In this document: piece by piece, positions 27,305 through 36,714 of the stretch
Numbering within the stretch: position 1 is the first letter of the stretch
How the letters are laid out: every line of letters begins with the position of its first letter
Origin: an uncultured Gemmatimonadaceae bacterium
Lineage (GTDB): Bacteria > Gemmatimonadota > Gemmatimonadetes > Gemmatimonadales > Gemmatimonadaceae
Direction: 5' to 3'
Assembly: GCA_963716745.1 (NCBI GenBank)
Contig: OY970320.1
Span: forward strand, 2,976,001-3,040,000
Length of the DNA stretch: 64,000 nucleotides
Translations under genes and position numbers: made by a program
The notes under the pieces: model-generated
Database searches by the model: none
What the model saw: only the letters and a program-made list of their open reading frames with translations
What the model was told of the DNA's origin: nothing

Positions 27305-29520
27305 TCCACGCGCTTCGGCTGCTGGAGCAGTTCGTTCACACGCACGGCGTTCGCGAGCGCTTGCGCCTGCTTGTTCATCTTCGCGGCGGACGCCGTGTCA
27401 CCGCGCTGCAGGTACGCCTCACCGAGCACTGCCGCGGTCACCACATAACGCGTCGGAATGTCGGCACTGGCGCGATCGACCCAGCGGTCCATGCGCATGA
27501 GGGTCGCGGGTCCGGCATACACGGAATCCCATAGCGTCTTCGAGCCGATCAAATCGATGGCGCCGAATCCCTGGATCGGCACGTATCGCGGCGACACCGG
27601 CGCAGGCACCGGATTCAACTTGGTGAGGATCCCTTCCTGAATGAGGTACCGCCCGAATCCGAGCTGCTGGCCGTAGCCCGCACTCGAGAAATACATCGGG
27701 CGCTGCGGGAAGGCGTCCTTGATCATGCGGAGCACCAGCATCTGGTCGCGCGTGTAGACACCCGGCCGGAGCACCGCCGTGATGGAATCCTTCACGAACG
27801 TCGCGCCCTTGGGCAGTTCCTGGTAGCCCGGCACCGCGTCCGCCTCTTCGAGCGTGAGCGTGAGCGGCGGCACGGTGGGCACGGGCCACGCGCGGTCGCG
27901 ATAGATCGCGGGGCCCTTCGCCGCATCGTACGGCCGCGGTTTGCGGCGGATGATCTGCCGCACGTACCAGTCGGTGTTGAGCAGCGACGTCACGGCCACC
28001 GTCACATCCTGCCGCACGCCTTCCACTTCCTGCGCGTACCAGAGCGGGAATGTGTCGTTGTCGCCATTGGTGACCACCACGCCATACGGCTCCACGGTGT
28101 TGAGCAGGTCCACCGCCCAATCGCGCGTGAACGTGTCGCCTTTGCGCGGCGCGTCGTGCCAATTGAACACGAGCGGCACGAACGCGAAGAGCAGCAACGG
28201 GCTCGCGAAGAGCCAACTCTTCCGCGGGAATCGCGGCAGTCCGTCATTCTTGCCGCTCTGGACCGCGGCATCGGACGTGAAGAGCAATGCGACGATCTCC
28301 CAGAGCCACACGAGTCCGAGCGCGGCCCACACGCTCCACGCCGAATAGCTCCACAAGTAGAAATAATCGCGGTCGCGCACTTCGCGCGGCACGGTGTTGC
28401 CGAGCTCCGGCGACTGCGAAAAGCCGTACTTGAAATTCATGTAGTAGATGAGCGCGAGCGTCACCGTGAAGATCAGCGGCCCGAAGAACCAGAAGCTCAG
28501 CCGGTCGCGTTGCCAGTGCGCGATGCCGCCGAGCAATCCGAGCAGGAAGAAGATCGCGGCGAACGCGAACTGGCGTCCGTAGTGGTTCTCGTACGGATCG
28601 CGCTCGAATTGCCACGTGAAATAGTGCCACCACATGCCGATCTGACCCGCGAAGAAATCGGTCTGTCGCTGGGATAGGTCGGGCTTCCCGAACTGCACGC
28701 GGTTGATGTTGTCCTCCAGCCGCTGCTTGGTGGTGGCGGAGAAGGTGCAATCCCAGTGGAACTCGGTCATGCAGCCCGTCGGCTCGCCTTCATTGATCGC
28801 CGGGAAATGTGCGCTCCGGATGGGCTCGAAGGTGAACACGGTCATGCCGAGTGCCATCGCGAGCAGCGCGCCGGCCACGAGTTTCCACCGCAGGACGGTC
28901 TGCCACCGGCGCGCGAGCACCGCGACGCCCACCGCGGGCATCACGAGGAAGCCGGCCGGATGGTTCGTGTAGCCGAGCCCGATCAGATACGCGATGAGGA
29001 TGAGGATCTTGTCGGCCTTCGGGCCGTCCGGGTCATCGCACCAGAGTACGGTGAGCCAGCTCACGATCGCGAAGAAGGCGAGCGACAGGGTATACGGCTT
29101 CTCGTTCACCACACTCTGGCTCCAGACCGTGAACACGGTCGCGCCAATGAGCGTCGCGACGGCGGCGCCGGTGATCCGCTGCCACTTCTCGGGCAGCCAA
29201 TACGAGAGCACGCGCTCGACGATCAGGAACCACATGCCGCTCGACACCGCGCTCGCGAGCGCGGCCAACGAGTTTACCTTCACCGCCGCGCCCGCGCCGA
29301 TCGGCAGCAGCGTGAAGAAGCGCCCGATGATCACGAAGAACGGATTGCCCGGCGGGTGCGGGAGCCCGAAGGTGTACGCCGCCGTGATGTACTCGCTGGC
29401 GTCCCACATCGCGGTGCTCGGTGCGAGCGTGTAGAGATAGAGCAGGAAGACCGCCAGCGACGCGATGCCGGCGGCAAGATACGAGGGGCGATGGTCGAGC
29501 GCGGGAGCCTTCGGCGGCAT
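27301..29520 (-). CDS. DUF2723 (TMEM260-like) membrane protein
   Basis: YLYTLAPS...WDASEYI...GLPHPPGNP, EVRDRDYFY, TNGDNDTFPLWYAQEVEGVRQDV, LLNTDWY. Confidence 0.9.
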   Translation of the reverse strand: MPPKAPALDHRPSYLAAGIASLAVFLLYLYTLAPSTAMWDASEYITAAYTFGLPHPPGNPFFVIIGRFFTLLPIGAGAAVKVNSLAALASAVSSGMWFLIVERVLSYWLPEKWQRITGAAVATLIGATVFTVWSQSVVNEKPYTLSLAFFAIVSWLTVLWCDDPDGPKADKILILIAYLIGLGYTNHPAGFLVMPAVGVAVLARRWQTVLRWKLVAGALLAMALGMTVFTFEPIRSAHFPAINEGEPTGCMTEFHWDCTFSATTKQRLEDNINRVQFGKPDLSQRQTDFFAGQIGMWWHYFTWQFERDPYENHYGRQFAFAAIFFLLGLLGGIAHWQRDRLSFWFFGPLIFTVTLALIYYMNFKYGFSQSPELGNTVPREVRDRDYFYLWSYSAWSVWAALGLVWLWEIVALLFTSDAAVQSGKNDGLPRFPRKSWLFASPLLLFAFVPLVFNWHDAPRKGDTFTRDWAVDLLNTVEPYGVVVTNGDNDTFPLWYAQEVEGVRQDVTVAVTSLLNTDWYVRQIIRRKPRPYDAAKGPAIYRDRAWPVPTVPPLTLTLEEADAVPGYQELPKGATFVKDSITAVLRPGVYTRDQMLVLRMIKDAFPQRPMYFSSAGYGQQLGFGRYLIQEGILTKLNPVPAPVSPRYVPIQGFGAIDLIGSKTLWDSVYAGPATLMRMDRWVDRASADIPTRYVVTAAVLGEAYLQRGDTASAAKMNKQAQALANAVRVNELLQQPKRVE

Positions 29521-29538
29521 CAGGGATCCGGGATCAGG
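29518..29538. repeat. Short heptamer array spanning the kynB stop and DUF2723 start
   Basis: catcagg gatccgg gatcagg. Confidence 0.45.
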
Positions 29539-30160
29539 AGAGTGGTCTGAGCGCCGCGCGCACCGGCGCGGCGTCGAGGCCGGCGAGCTTCACCGGCAAC
29601 GCGAGCAGTTCGTACATACCATCCGCGGTGCCGCGGAGGTCCAGATTCTCGAGAATGTACGCGCCGCCGGCGAAGAGCGCTCGGTGCGCGGGAAGGGTCT
29701 TGCTCTCACGCTCATCGACGCTGGGTGCATCGACCCCGAGCAATTTGAGGCCGCGCGCAATGAGCGCCTCGATGGCCGCCACCGACAGCACCGGCCACGC
29801 CGCGGGGAACGTGCCGCCGGCGATCGAACAGTTCGTGCGCAGCAACAACCGCTCGATCGGCGCGGTGCCCAGCGCTGCGAGGTCGGATGGTTCGAGCGCG
29901 CGCGGTGCGGCACTGATCGTGAGCACCCGTGCCGGGCCCGCGAACGCATCCAGGGGCATCGCGTCCGCCGCCGCCCAGCCATCGCTCACGTGCAGCGGTG
30001 CGTCGGCGTGCGTGCCGCAATGCGGGCTCGTGGTGAATGCCGACAGGTTCACGCTCGCGCCAGCGGCGATCCGCCAGGTCCAGCCGCAGCTGTACGGTGT
30101 GTCGCCCGGCCACTCCGGCGTGCCGGGCGTCAGCGCGATGGAGATGTCGCGCAGCGTCAC
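29534..30160 (-). CDS. kynB: Kynurenine formamidase (cyclase family)
   Basis: WPGD, HCGTHADAPLH, GVDAPSVD, ILENLDL, ALPVKL..LDAAPVRA; coupled to kynA; GTG start. Confidence 0.9.
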   Translation of the reverse strand: MTLRDISIALTPGTPEWPGDTPYSCGWTWRIAAGASVNLSAFTTSPHCGTHADAPLHVSDGWAAADAMPLDAFAGPARVLTISAAPRALEPSDLAALGTAPIERLLLRTNCSIAGGTFPAAWPVLSVAAIEALIARGLKLLGVDAPSVDERESKTLPAHRALFAGGAYILENLDLRGTADGMYELLALPVKLAGLDAAPVRAALRPLS

Positions 30161-30897
30161 TTCGACGGGCCCGCGCCGAACACGCGCGAACGCACTTCCC
30201 AGAGGGCGGGGAAGAAGCGCTGGCTTACGGTGCGCGACAGGTACTTCGCGCCGAGCGTGCCGCCGGTGCCGGACGTGCCGGGGCCGATGATGCGTTCCAC
30301 GAGCTGCACGTGCAGGAAGCGCCATCGCGCGAAGCCCTGCTCGTACTCCAGCAGCTCCTCCGCGAGCAGGAACAGCGGCGTCGCCTCGGCGCCGGCGGTG
30401 TAGATCGACTCCGCGCTCTCCCCGTTCGACTTGAGCACCGCCTCGAAGAGCGACTGCAGCGTGGGGCGCGAGAGCCATTGCTGCACGATGGCGGGCGGCG
30501 CGCCGTGCTCACTCACCGCGTTCAGGAACGTCTGCTCGCGCAGCCCGCTCGCGGCCTCGATCGCGCGGAACTGCGCGCTCTGCGAGCCGCTGGATGTGCC
30601 GAGCGAACCGCGGAATTGCGCGAACCGCTGCGGCGGGAGCGTATCGAGCGCGGAGAGCTGGTCGGCCACGATCCGCACGAGCGCGTTGAGGCGTTTGGTC
30701 ACGAAGATGGCGCCGGTGACGTCGTGCGCCTCGAGGCGCGCGAACAGCCCCTCCATCTCGCGCAGGATCACCTTGAACCAGAGCTCGCTCGCCTGATGCA
30801 CCACGATGAACAGCAGTTCGTCGGGTTGCTCGGGCTTGGACTGCGCCCGCTGCAGCGAGAGCAGCTCGTCGAGCGCGAGATACGTGGGATAATCCAT
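30157..30897 (-). CDS. kynA: Tryptophan 2,3-dioxygenase
   Basis: Y..YLALDELLSLQ, DELLFIVVHQASELWFK, FRGSLGTSSGSQSAQFR, WRFLH..LVERIIG..GTGGT.G..YL. Confidence 0.93.
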   Translation of the reverse strand: MDYPTYLALDELLSLQRAQSKPEQPDELLFIVVHQASELWFKVILREMEGLFARLEAHDVTGAIFVTKRLNALVRIVADQLSALDTLPPQRFAQFRGSLGTSSGSQSAQFRAIEAASGLREQTFLNAVSEHGAPPAIVQQWLSRPTLQSLFEAVLKSNGESAESIYTAGAEATPLFLLAEELLEYEQGFARWRFLHVQLVERIIGPGTSGTGGTLGAKYLSRTVSQRFFPALWEVRSRVFGAGPSK

Positions 30898-30902
30898 GGC
30901 GG

Positions 30903-31625
30903 TCAGAAGGACGACACGTCGAGCATGGCGAGATCATCCACTTTCATCGTTTCGCTCGTGTGGAACGGCTCGCCATAGCGGGCGCGGATGAGCGAGCCGT
31001 AGTGCGCGGAGTGATGGCGGATGATCTCGAAGAGCGAATCGGTGTTGGGGAACACCTCGCCTGCCTGCACGGCGCCGGCGAATTGCGATTCGTATGCGCG
31101 CACCGCCTCCATCTTCTGCTCGAACACATCCGTGATGTCCACCACGAACGTCGGCTTCACGTGATCCTCGCGGTAACTCAGGCAGTGGATCACTTTCCGC
31201 GGACGGTGCGCCTTGGCGCCAGCGGCCGCGTACTTCGCGAGGCCGGAGAGGAAGCACGCGTCGCGCACGAGTTCGGCGGTGATGCGATGATCGGGGTGGC
31301 GGCCGCCGAACGCCGGCGCGAGCACGACCTGCGGCTGGAGCCGCCGGATCTCGTGCACGAGCGCGGCGCGTGATTCATCCGTGTTGTGGATGCCGGCGTC
31401 GGGCAGACCGAGATTCACGCGCTCGGCGATCCCAAGGATCTCCGCCGCGCGCGCCGCTTCCTTCTCGCGGAGCTCGGCCGAGCCGCGAGTGCCCATCTCG
31501 CCACGCGTGAGATCGACGATCGCCGTGCGATGACCTTGCTTGGCGCTGCGGGCGAGCGTACCGCCGCAGGTGAGTTCGACATCATCTCGGTGCGCAGCGA
31601 TGGCGAGAATTGTTACCGGTGACAT
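30903..31625 (-). CDS. bshB1: Bacillithiol biosynthesis deacetylase BshB1 (PIG-L family)
   Basis: AHRDDVELTCGGT, DLTRGEMGTRG, RHPDH, KPTFVVDIT..FEQKM..AYESQF, YGEPF. Confidence 0.85.
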   Translation of the reverse strand: MSPVTILAIAAHRDDVELTCGGTLARSAKQGHRTAIVDLTRGEMGTRGSAELREKEAARAAEILGIAERVNLGLPDAGIHNTDESRAALVHEIRRLQPQVVLAPAFGGRHPDHRITAELVRDACFLSGLAKYAAAGAKAHRPRKVIHCLSYREDHVKPTFVVDITDVFEQKMEAVRAYESQFAGAVQAGEVFPNTDSLFEIIRHHSAHYGSLIRARYGEPFHTSETMKVDDLAMLDVSSF

Positions 31626-31640
31626 GGCGGGGAATATACT

Positions 31641-31821
31641 CACCGCCGACGGCGTTCATAGAACCGCTGAGGGCGGGGTTTGTACCGCGAGAGGCGTGTG
31701 TGGCGTTAGCGTTGGGAACGGTGACTACCGAGGGATCCGCGGTTCCCAGCGCCAACGCCACACACGACGTCAGCGGTACCAACCCCGCCTCACGCGGTAC
31801 TACCATCGCCGTTGCCGATAT
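31641..31821. repeat. Family B palindromic element, copy 4 (three 21-nt units per arm), between divergent genes
   Basis: caccgccgacggcgttcatag aaccgctgagggcggggtttg taccgcgagaggcg...gcgttgggaac ... gttcccagcgccaacgcc...cagcggta ccaaccccgcctcacgcggta ctaccatcgccg. Confidence 0.9.
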
Positions 31822-31831
31822 ACATTCCATC

Positions 31832-32755
31832 GTGCCCGATACGCCCAGCTGGTCTGAACTCGGCGCCCTCTGGCCCAACCGGAGTGCGAGCCGCTTCGTC
31901 GAGGCGGGCGGGCAGCGCTGGCATGTGCAACTCTTCGGCGACGGGCCGCCGCTGCTCCTCATTCACGGGACGGGCGCCGCGACCCACACATGGCGTGATC
32001 TCGCGCCGCGCCTCGCGACGCGATTCACCGTGATCGCGCCCGACTTGCCGGGGCACGGATTCACCACCGCGCCGCGCACCGACTTGCTCTCACTCGACGG
32101 CATCGCCAAGGAGGTCGGCGTCCTGCTCGATGCGCTCGGCGTCACGCCGGTGGCCGGCGTCGCGCACGCCGCGGGCATGGCGGTGCTGCTGCGCCTCGCG
32201 CTCGACCGGAGCGTGCCCTTTAAGACATTGGTGGGGATCAACGCGGCGCTCACGCCGCCGCGCCGCCAGATGTGGACGCTGCTCGCGCCAGCCGCTCAAG
32301 TCTCGTCGCGGAACTCCTTCGTGGACGGACTCGGCACCGAGATGGCGACCGCTTCGCTCGAGGATTCGCTGCTGCGCTCCACGGGATCGTACCTGTCCCC
32401 GGAACAGGCGGCGCTCTACGGGGGATTCCTGCGCTCGCGCCGCCACATGGGCGCCGTGACGACGATGTTCGCGAACTGGGATTCGGTGACGCTCCAGCGC
32501 GATCTCGCGAAGCTGACGACACCCGTCACGCTCGCCGTGGCGCTCAACGATCCGTGGGTGCCGCCGCGCAGCGCCGACCGCCTCGCCGGCGCCTTCCCGC
32601 GCGCGCGCCTCGTCGAGATCGGCGACTGCGGGCATTTGGCGCATGAGGAGAAGCCGGGGCTTGTTGAGACGGTGATCGTCGAGTCTGCGCAGAGGGAGGG
32701 TGTGTTGCCCCGCTCGTCCCGCGAGTCGACACTGCAGACTGAGACGTTAGACTGA
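31832..32755 (+). CDS. BchO-like alpha/beta-hydrolase fold protein lacking the nucleophile Ser
   Basis: 'WPNRSASRFVEAGGQRWHVQ..G.GP.LLLIHGTGAATHTWRDL..DLPGHGFT' and 'GHLAHEE' are characteristic of BchO; the elbow reads VAHAAG. Confidence 0.75.
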   Translation: MPDTPSWSELGALWPNRSASRFVEAGGQRWHVQLFGDGPPLLLIHGTGAATHTWRDLAPRLATRFTVIAPDLPGHGFTTAPRTDLLSLDGIAKEVGVLLDALGVTPVAGVAHAAGMAVLLRLALDRSVPFKTLVGINAALTPPRRQMWTLLAPAAQVSSRNSFVDGLGTEMATASLEDSLLRSTGSYLSPEQAALYGGFLRSRRHMGAVTTMFANWDSVTLQRDLAKLTTPVTLAVALNDPWVPPRSADRLAGAFPRARLVEIGDCGHLAHEEKPGLVETVIVESAQREGVLPRSSRESTLQTETLD

Positions 32756-32817
32756 GACTTAAGACTACGGTCTCAAGTCGCATTCTAGCGTCTAGGTCTA
32801 GCGTCTAGGTCTGCAGT
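32731..32817. repeat. Family C palindromic element
   Basis: Perfect 9-bp terminal inverted repeats actgcagac/gtctgcagt; tagac-type units in both arms. Confidence 0.9.
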
Positions 32818-34061
32818 CATTCGTACCTCAGCGCCTCCACCGGATCGAGCCGCGCCGCCCTGATCGCGGGATAGATCCCGAATGTCACGCCGATCAGGAT
32901 GCTCACGAAGACGGCGATGAGCGTGATCCCCACGGGCGGGCGGGCGCTCACGCCCATGAGCGACGTTACGCCCATCCCGAAACTCAGTCCGATCACGATG
33001 CCGATCGCGCCGCCGATGCCGGTGAGCGTCGCGGCCTCCAGCAGGAACTGGAACAGGATGTCGGCACGGCGCGCACCGAGCGCTTTGCGCACGCCGATCT
33101 CTCTCGTGCGGTCGGTGACCGAGACCATCATGATCGCCATCACACCGATCCCGCCCACGAGCAGCCCCACGCCGGAGAGCCCGATCATCACGCCGTAGAA
33201 CACGCCGGTGAGTTTCTTGAATACATCGAGGATCTGATCCTGCGTGATGAAATCGAAGGTATTGGGTTCACCGGGACGGAGGTGGCGCATGTTGCGCATC
33301 GCGACCATCACGGCGTCCTGCGCATCTTCCGCGCTCACGGATTTCTTGGGCTTCACGCCGATGAACAGCGCGTTCGTCTTGTCCATGTGATAGGCGTGAT
33401 CGGCGAAGCGGAACGGCACCACGCCGCCCACCTCCTGGCCCGGCGGCGCGAACACGTTATCCGCCTCCTGCAACACGCCGATCACCGTGACGGGGCGCGT
33501 GAGCACCTTCATCGACTTGCCGATCGGATCCTGCTGACCGAACAGCTTGTTCGCGAACTTCTCGGTGATCACGAACACCGGCGCGCCGCTCGACATCTCC
33601 GAGCGGCTGAACCACCGCCCCTTGATCAATTCGCCGCCCTGGATCTCGCTGTACCGGTCGTCGGCGGCGAAAATGGTAAGGGCCTGCGAGCGATTCGACT
33701 GGAACTCCAGCTTGCCGAAGAGCTGCGCCCAGATCGCGGCATACTCGATCTCCGGCAGCTGCGCGACGCGCTGGGCTTCCGCCTCCACGAGATCGGGGCG
33801 GATGCGCACGTACTTCGGCAGGCGGTCGGGATTGAGCGGCGTCTGGGAGAAGATCTTCATCACGTAGAACGTGGTGGGCCCCGCGATCTCGATCGTGTTG
33901 ATGATCTGGTCGCTGATGCCCTCCACGATCGAGGCCATCGTCATGACGGTGGACACGCCGATCACCACGCCGAGGATGGTGAGGGCCGAGCGCAGCTTGT
34001 TGGCGCGCAGCGTGTCGAGTGCGATCGCGACGTTCTCGCGGATCGCTTCGCCGAGTCTCAT
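32817..34061 (-). CDS. MacB-family ABC permease, type B of pair 3
   Basis: ANKLRSALTILGVVIGV, LLVGGIGVMAIMMVSVTDRTREIGVRKALGA, ends LDPVEALRYE. Confidence 0.92.
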   Translation of the reverse strand: MRLGEAIRENVAIALDTLRANKLRSALTILGVVIGVSTVMTMASIVEGISDQIINTIEIAGPTTFYVMKIFSQTPLNPDRLPKYVRIRPDLVEAEAQRVAQLPEIEYAAIWAQLFGKLEFQSNRSQALTIFAADDRYSEIQGGELIKGRWFSRSEMSSGAPVFVITEKFANKLFGQQDPIGKSMKVLTRPVTVIGVLQEADNVFAPPGQEVGGVVPFRFADHAYHMDKTNALFIGVKPKKSVSAEDAQDAVMVAMRNMRHLRPGEPNTFDFITQDQILDVFKKLTGVFYGVMIGLSGVGLLVGGIGVMAIMMVSVTDRTREIGVRKALGARRADILFQFLLEAATLTGIGGAIGIVIGLSFGMGVTSLMGVSARPPVGITLIAVFVSILIGVTFGIYPAIRAARLDPVEALRYE

Positions 34062-35300
34062 TCGGCGCGCATCGCGGCGATCGGATCGAGCTTGGACGCC
34101 CGGTCCGCGGGGAAGATGCCGAAGATGATCCCGACGCCCGCGCCGAGCGCGAGCGCGAGGAATACCGACCACGGCGTGACCCGCGCCGGCAGCGGCGTGA
34201 TCAAGGTGACGCCCGCGGCGAGCACCGCGCCGGCGATCACGCCGATCGCACCGCCGAGCACCGACAGCATGACCGCCTCGGCCAGGAATTGCTTGCGGAT
34301 GTCGCGGCGCGTCGCGCCCACCGACTTCCGGATGCCGATCTCGCGCGTGCGCTCGGTGACCGACATCAGCATGATGTTCATGATCACGATGCCGCCCACG
34401 ACGATCCCGATCGCGACCACCGCGGGGATCACGCTGAAGAGCACGCTGGTGAGGCTCTTCCAGAACGCCACGAGCGCATCGGCCGTCTCCACGGAGAAAT
34501 CGTTCTCCTGCGCTGGGCGCAGCCGGTGCGCGAGACGCATCGCCTCCTCGGCGCGCGCCATGCCGTCGGCCACATCGTCGGCTTCGCGCATCTTCACGCG
34601 ACACCGTGGTGGTCTTCCGCTTGCCGAAGAGCATCTCGAACTGCGGGAGCGGCAGCAGCACGAAGCCGTCGAAGGTCTGTCCGAGCACGCGGCCTTTGCG
34701 CGCGATCACGCCGATCACGGTGAACTGCTGCCCCATGATGCGGATCGTCTGCCCCACGGGCTCGACGTTCTCGAACAGCTTCTCCGCGACGTCGGCGCCG
34801 ACCACGACCACCGGGCGTTTCTGGTCGAGGTCCAGCCGCTCGAGCGGGCGGCCGCTTTCGAAGCGATAGTCCTGCACCACCTGGTACTCGGGGGTGATCC
34901 CGAACATGAGCACGTCGCCGAGCGTGCGGTCGCCCCAGACGACGTCGGCCTGCGGCGTGGGCCAGCCGCTCTGGATGCTGATCGCTTCGGCGTCGGGGAT
35001 GGCGGCGCGCACGATCTCCGCGTCGGCGAGCGTGATGCGCGGCCGCTTTGCGACGAGCCGCATCGCGTCCTCGTCGTAGAGGCCCACGCGGATGGGCGTG
35101 CGCCGCACCTGGAAGGTGTTGGTGCCGATCATCGCGCCGGCGATACTCTCCTTCACGTACGCGTTCATGCCCTGGATGATCGCGACGACCGCGACCAGGA
35201 ACGCGACCGAGACGATGATCCCGAGGAGCGTGAAGAAGGTGCGCAGCTTGCTGCCGCGGATCTGGCCGAACGCGAGGATCAGGACGTCGAGGAACTGCAT
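34058..35300 (-). CDS. MacB-family ABC permease, type A of pair 3 (apparent +1 frameshift near 34600)
   Basis: MQFLDVL..KLRTFFTLLGII joined to ORF 34058..34597 VGGIVIMNIMLMSVTERTREIG...AAMRAE. Confidence 0.88.
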
Positions 35301-35356
35301 TCCCTGAATCTAGCGGTGATTCGAGTGTGGCGCGCCGCGGCGTGGCTTCGAGTCCA

Positions 35357-35448
35357 ACTGCAGACTTAGACCTTAGACCTAGACGTTAGAATGCGAACGC
35401 GCGAGTAGACGCTTTCTAACGTCTAGGTCTAGCGCCTAGGGCTGCAGT
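35357..35448. repeat. Family C palindromic element
   Basis: actgcagacttagaccttagacctagacgttagaa ... ttctaacgtctaggtctagcgcctagggctgcagt. Confidence 0.9.
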
Positions 35449-36713
35449 CATTCGTACCGCAGCGCCTCGACCGGGTCCAAGCGGCTCGCCCGCAGCGCCG
35501 GCACCATGCCGAAGATCACGCCCGTCACGGCGGCGCCCATGAGGGCGGCGACGACGGCGCCGGGCGGGACGCTCGCGGGAATGGGCGTCAACTTATTGAT
35601 CCCTACCGCGATGCCGCCGCCGATGATCAGGCCGGTGCTGGCGCCGATCGTGGTGAGCGTCGCGGCCTCCACCAGGAACTGCCAGAGGATCGTGCCGCGC
35701 GTGGCGCCGAGTGCTTTGCGCACGCCGATCTCACGCGTGCGCTCGGTGACGGAGATCATCATGATCGCCACCACGCCCACGCCGCCTACCAACAGGCCTA
35801 CGGAGGCGAGTCCGATCATGAACACGAAGAACGTGCCGGTGAACTGATTGAAGCTCTGCAGCAGCTTGTCCTGGCCGACGATCGCGAAATTGTTGATCGC
35901 GGCGGGACGGAGGCCGCGCATGCCGCGCAGCGCCGCGGTCACGTCATCCATCGCATCGTCGCGCGCCACGCCGTCGGCCGGCCGGATGGTCAGGTCGAGG
36001 CCGCGGATCCACAGATCGAGATACTTGTGCCCGGTCTGGAAGGCGACCTTCGCCTGCGGGCGGTCGGCGTCCTGTTCCGTGGGGGTGCCGAAGAATCCGA
36101 CCGAGCTGTGGTACACGCCGATCACGTTGAACGGCACGCCGTCCGCGAAGATCACCTTGCCGATCGGGCTCGACTCGCCGAAGAGCTGCTCCGCCATCTT
36201 GTCGTTGACGATCATGACGCGCGTGCCGGCCGCCGCTTCGGATGGCGTGAAATTGCGCCCCGGCTCGATCGTGCCGCCGTCCACGTCGGCCCAGTTCGCC
36301 GTGTACGCATCGACGCCGGCGCCCTTGAGCTCGCGGTCCTTGTATTTGAACGACGCCGAGCCGTTCATGTGCGCGGTCACGACATCGATCGTCGGCAGCG
36401 TCTGGAGCCGCTCGGCCTCGCGCAGCGTGATCGGCGGGTTGTGGCGGGACGGGCAGGTCTCGTCGGATCCGTCGCAGTTCGAGAAGAAATCGGCGCGGCG
36501 GAAGACGAAGAAGCTATTGGGGCCGACCGACGCGATGTCCGACTCGACCGACGCCTGGAACCCGTGGACCGCGGCCGCCATCGCCGTCACGACGAACACG
36601 CCCACCGCCACGCCCATGATCGTGAGGAACGCGCGCACCTTGTTCGTACGCAGCGCCTCGAGCGCGATGTTGATCCCCTCGACGGTGGAGTAGAGGCGGT
36701 CGGAGATGCTCAT
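35448..36713 (-). CDS. MacB-family ABC permease, type B of pair 2
   Basis: NKVRAFLTIMGVAVGV, VGGVGVVAIMMISVTERTREIGVRKALGA, ends LDPVEALRYE. Confidence 0.93.
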   Translation of the reverse strand: MSISDRLYSTVEGINIALEALRTNKVRAFLTIMGVAVGVFVVTAMAAAVHGFQASVESDIASVGPNSFFVFRRADFFSNCDGSDETCPSRHNPPITLREAERLQTLPTIDVVTAHMNGSASFKYKDRELKGAGVDAYTANWADVDGGTIEPGRNFTPSEAAAGTRVMIVNDKMAEQLFGESSPIGKVIFADGVPFNVIGVYHSSVGFFGTPTEQDADRPQAKVAFQTGHKYLDLWIRGLDLTIRPADGVARDDAMDDVTAALRGMRGLRPAAINNFAIVGQDKLLQSFNQFTGTFFVFMIGLASVGLLVGGVGVVAIMMISVTERTREIGVRKALGATRGTILWQFLVEAATLTTIGASTGLIIGGGIAVGINKLTPIPASVPPGAVVAALMGAAVTGVIFGMVPALRASRLDPVEALRYE

Positions 36714-36714
36714 G

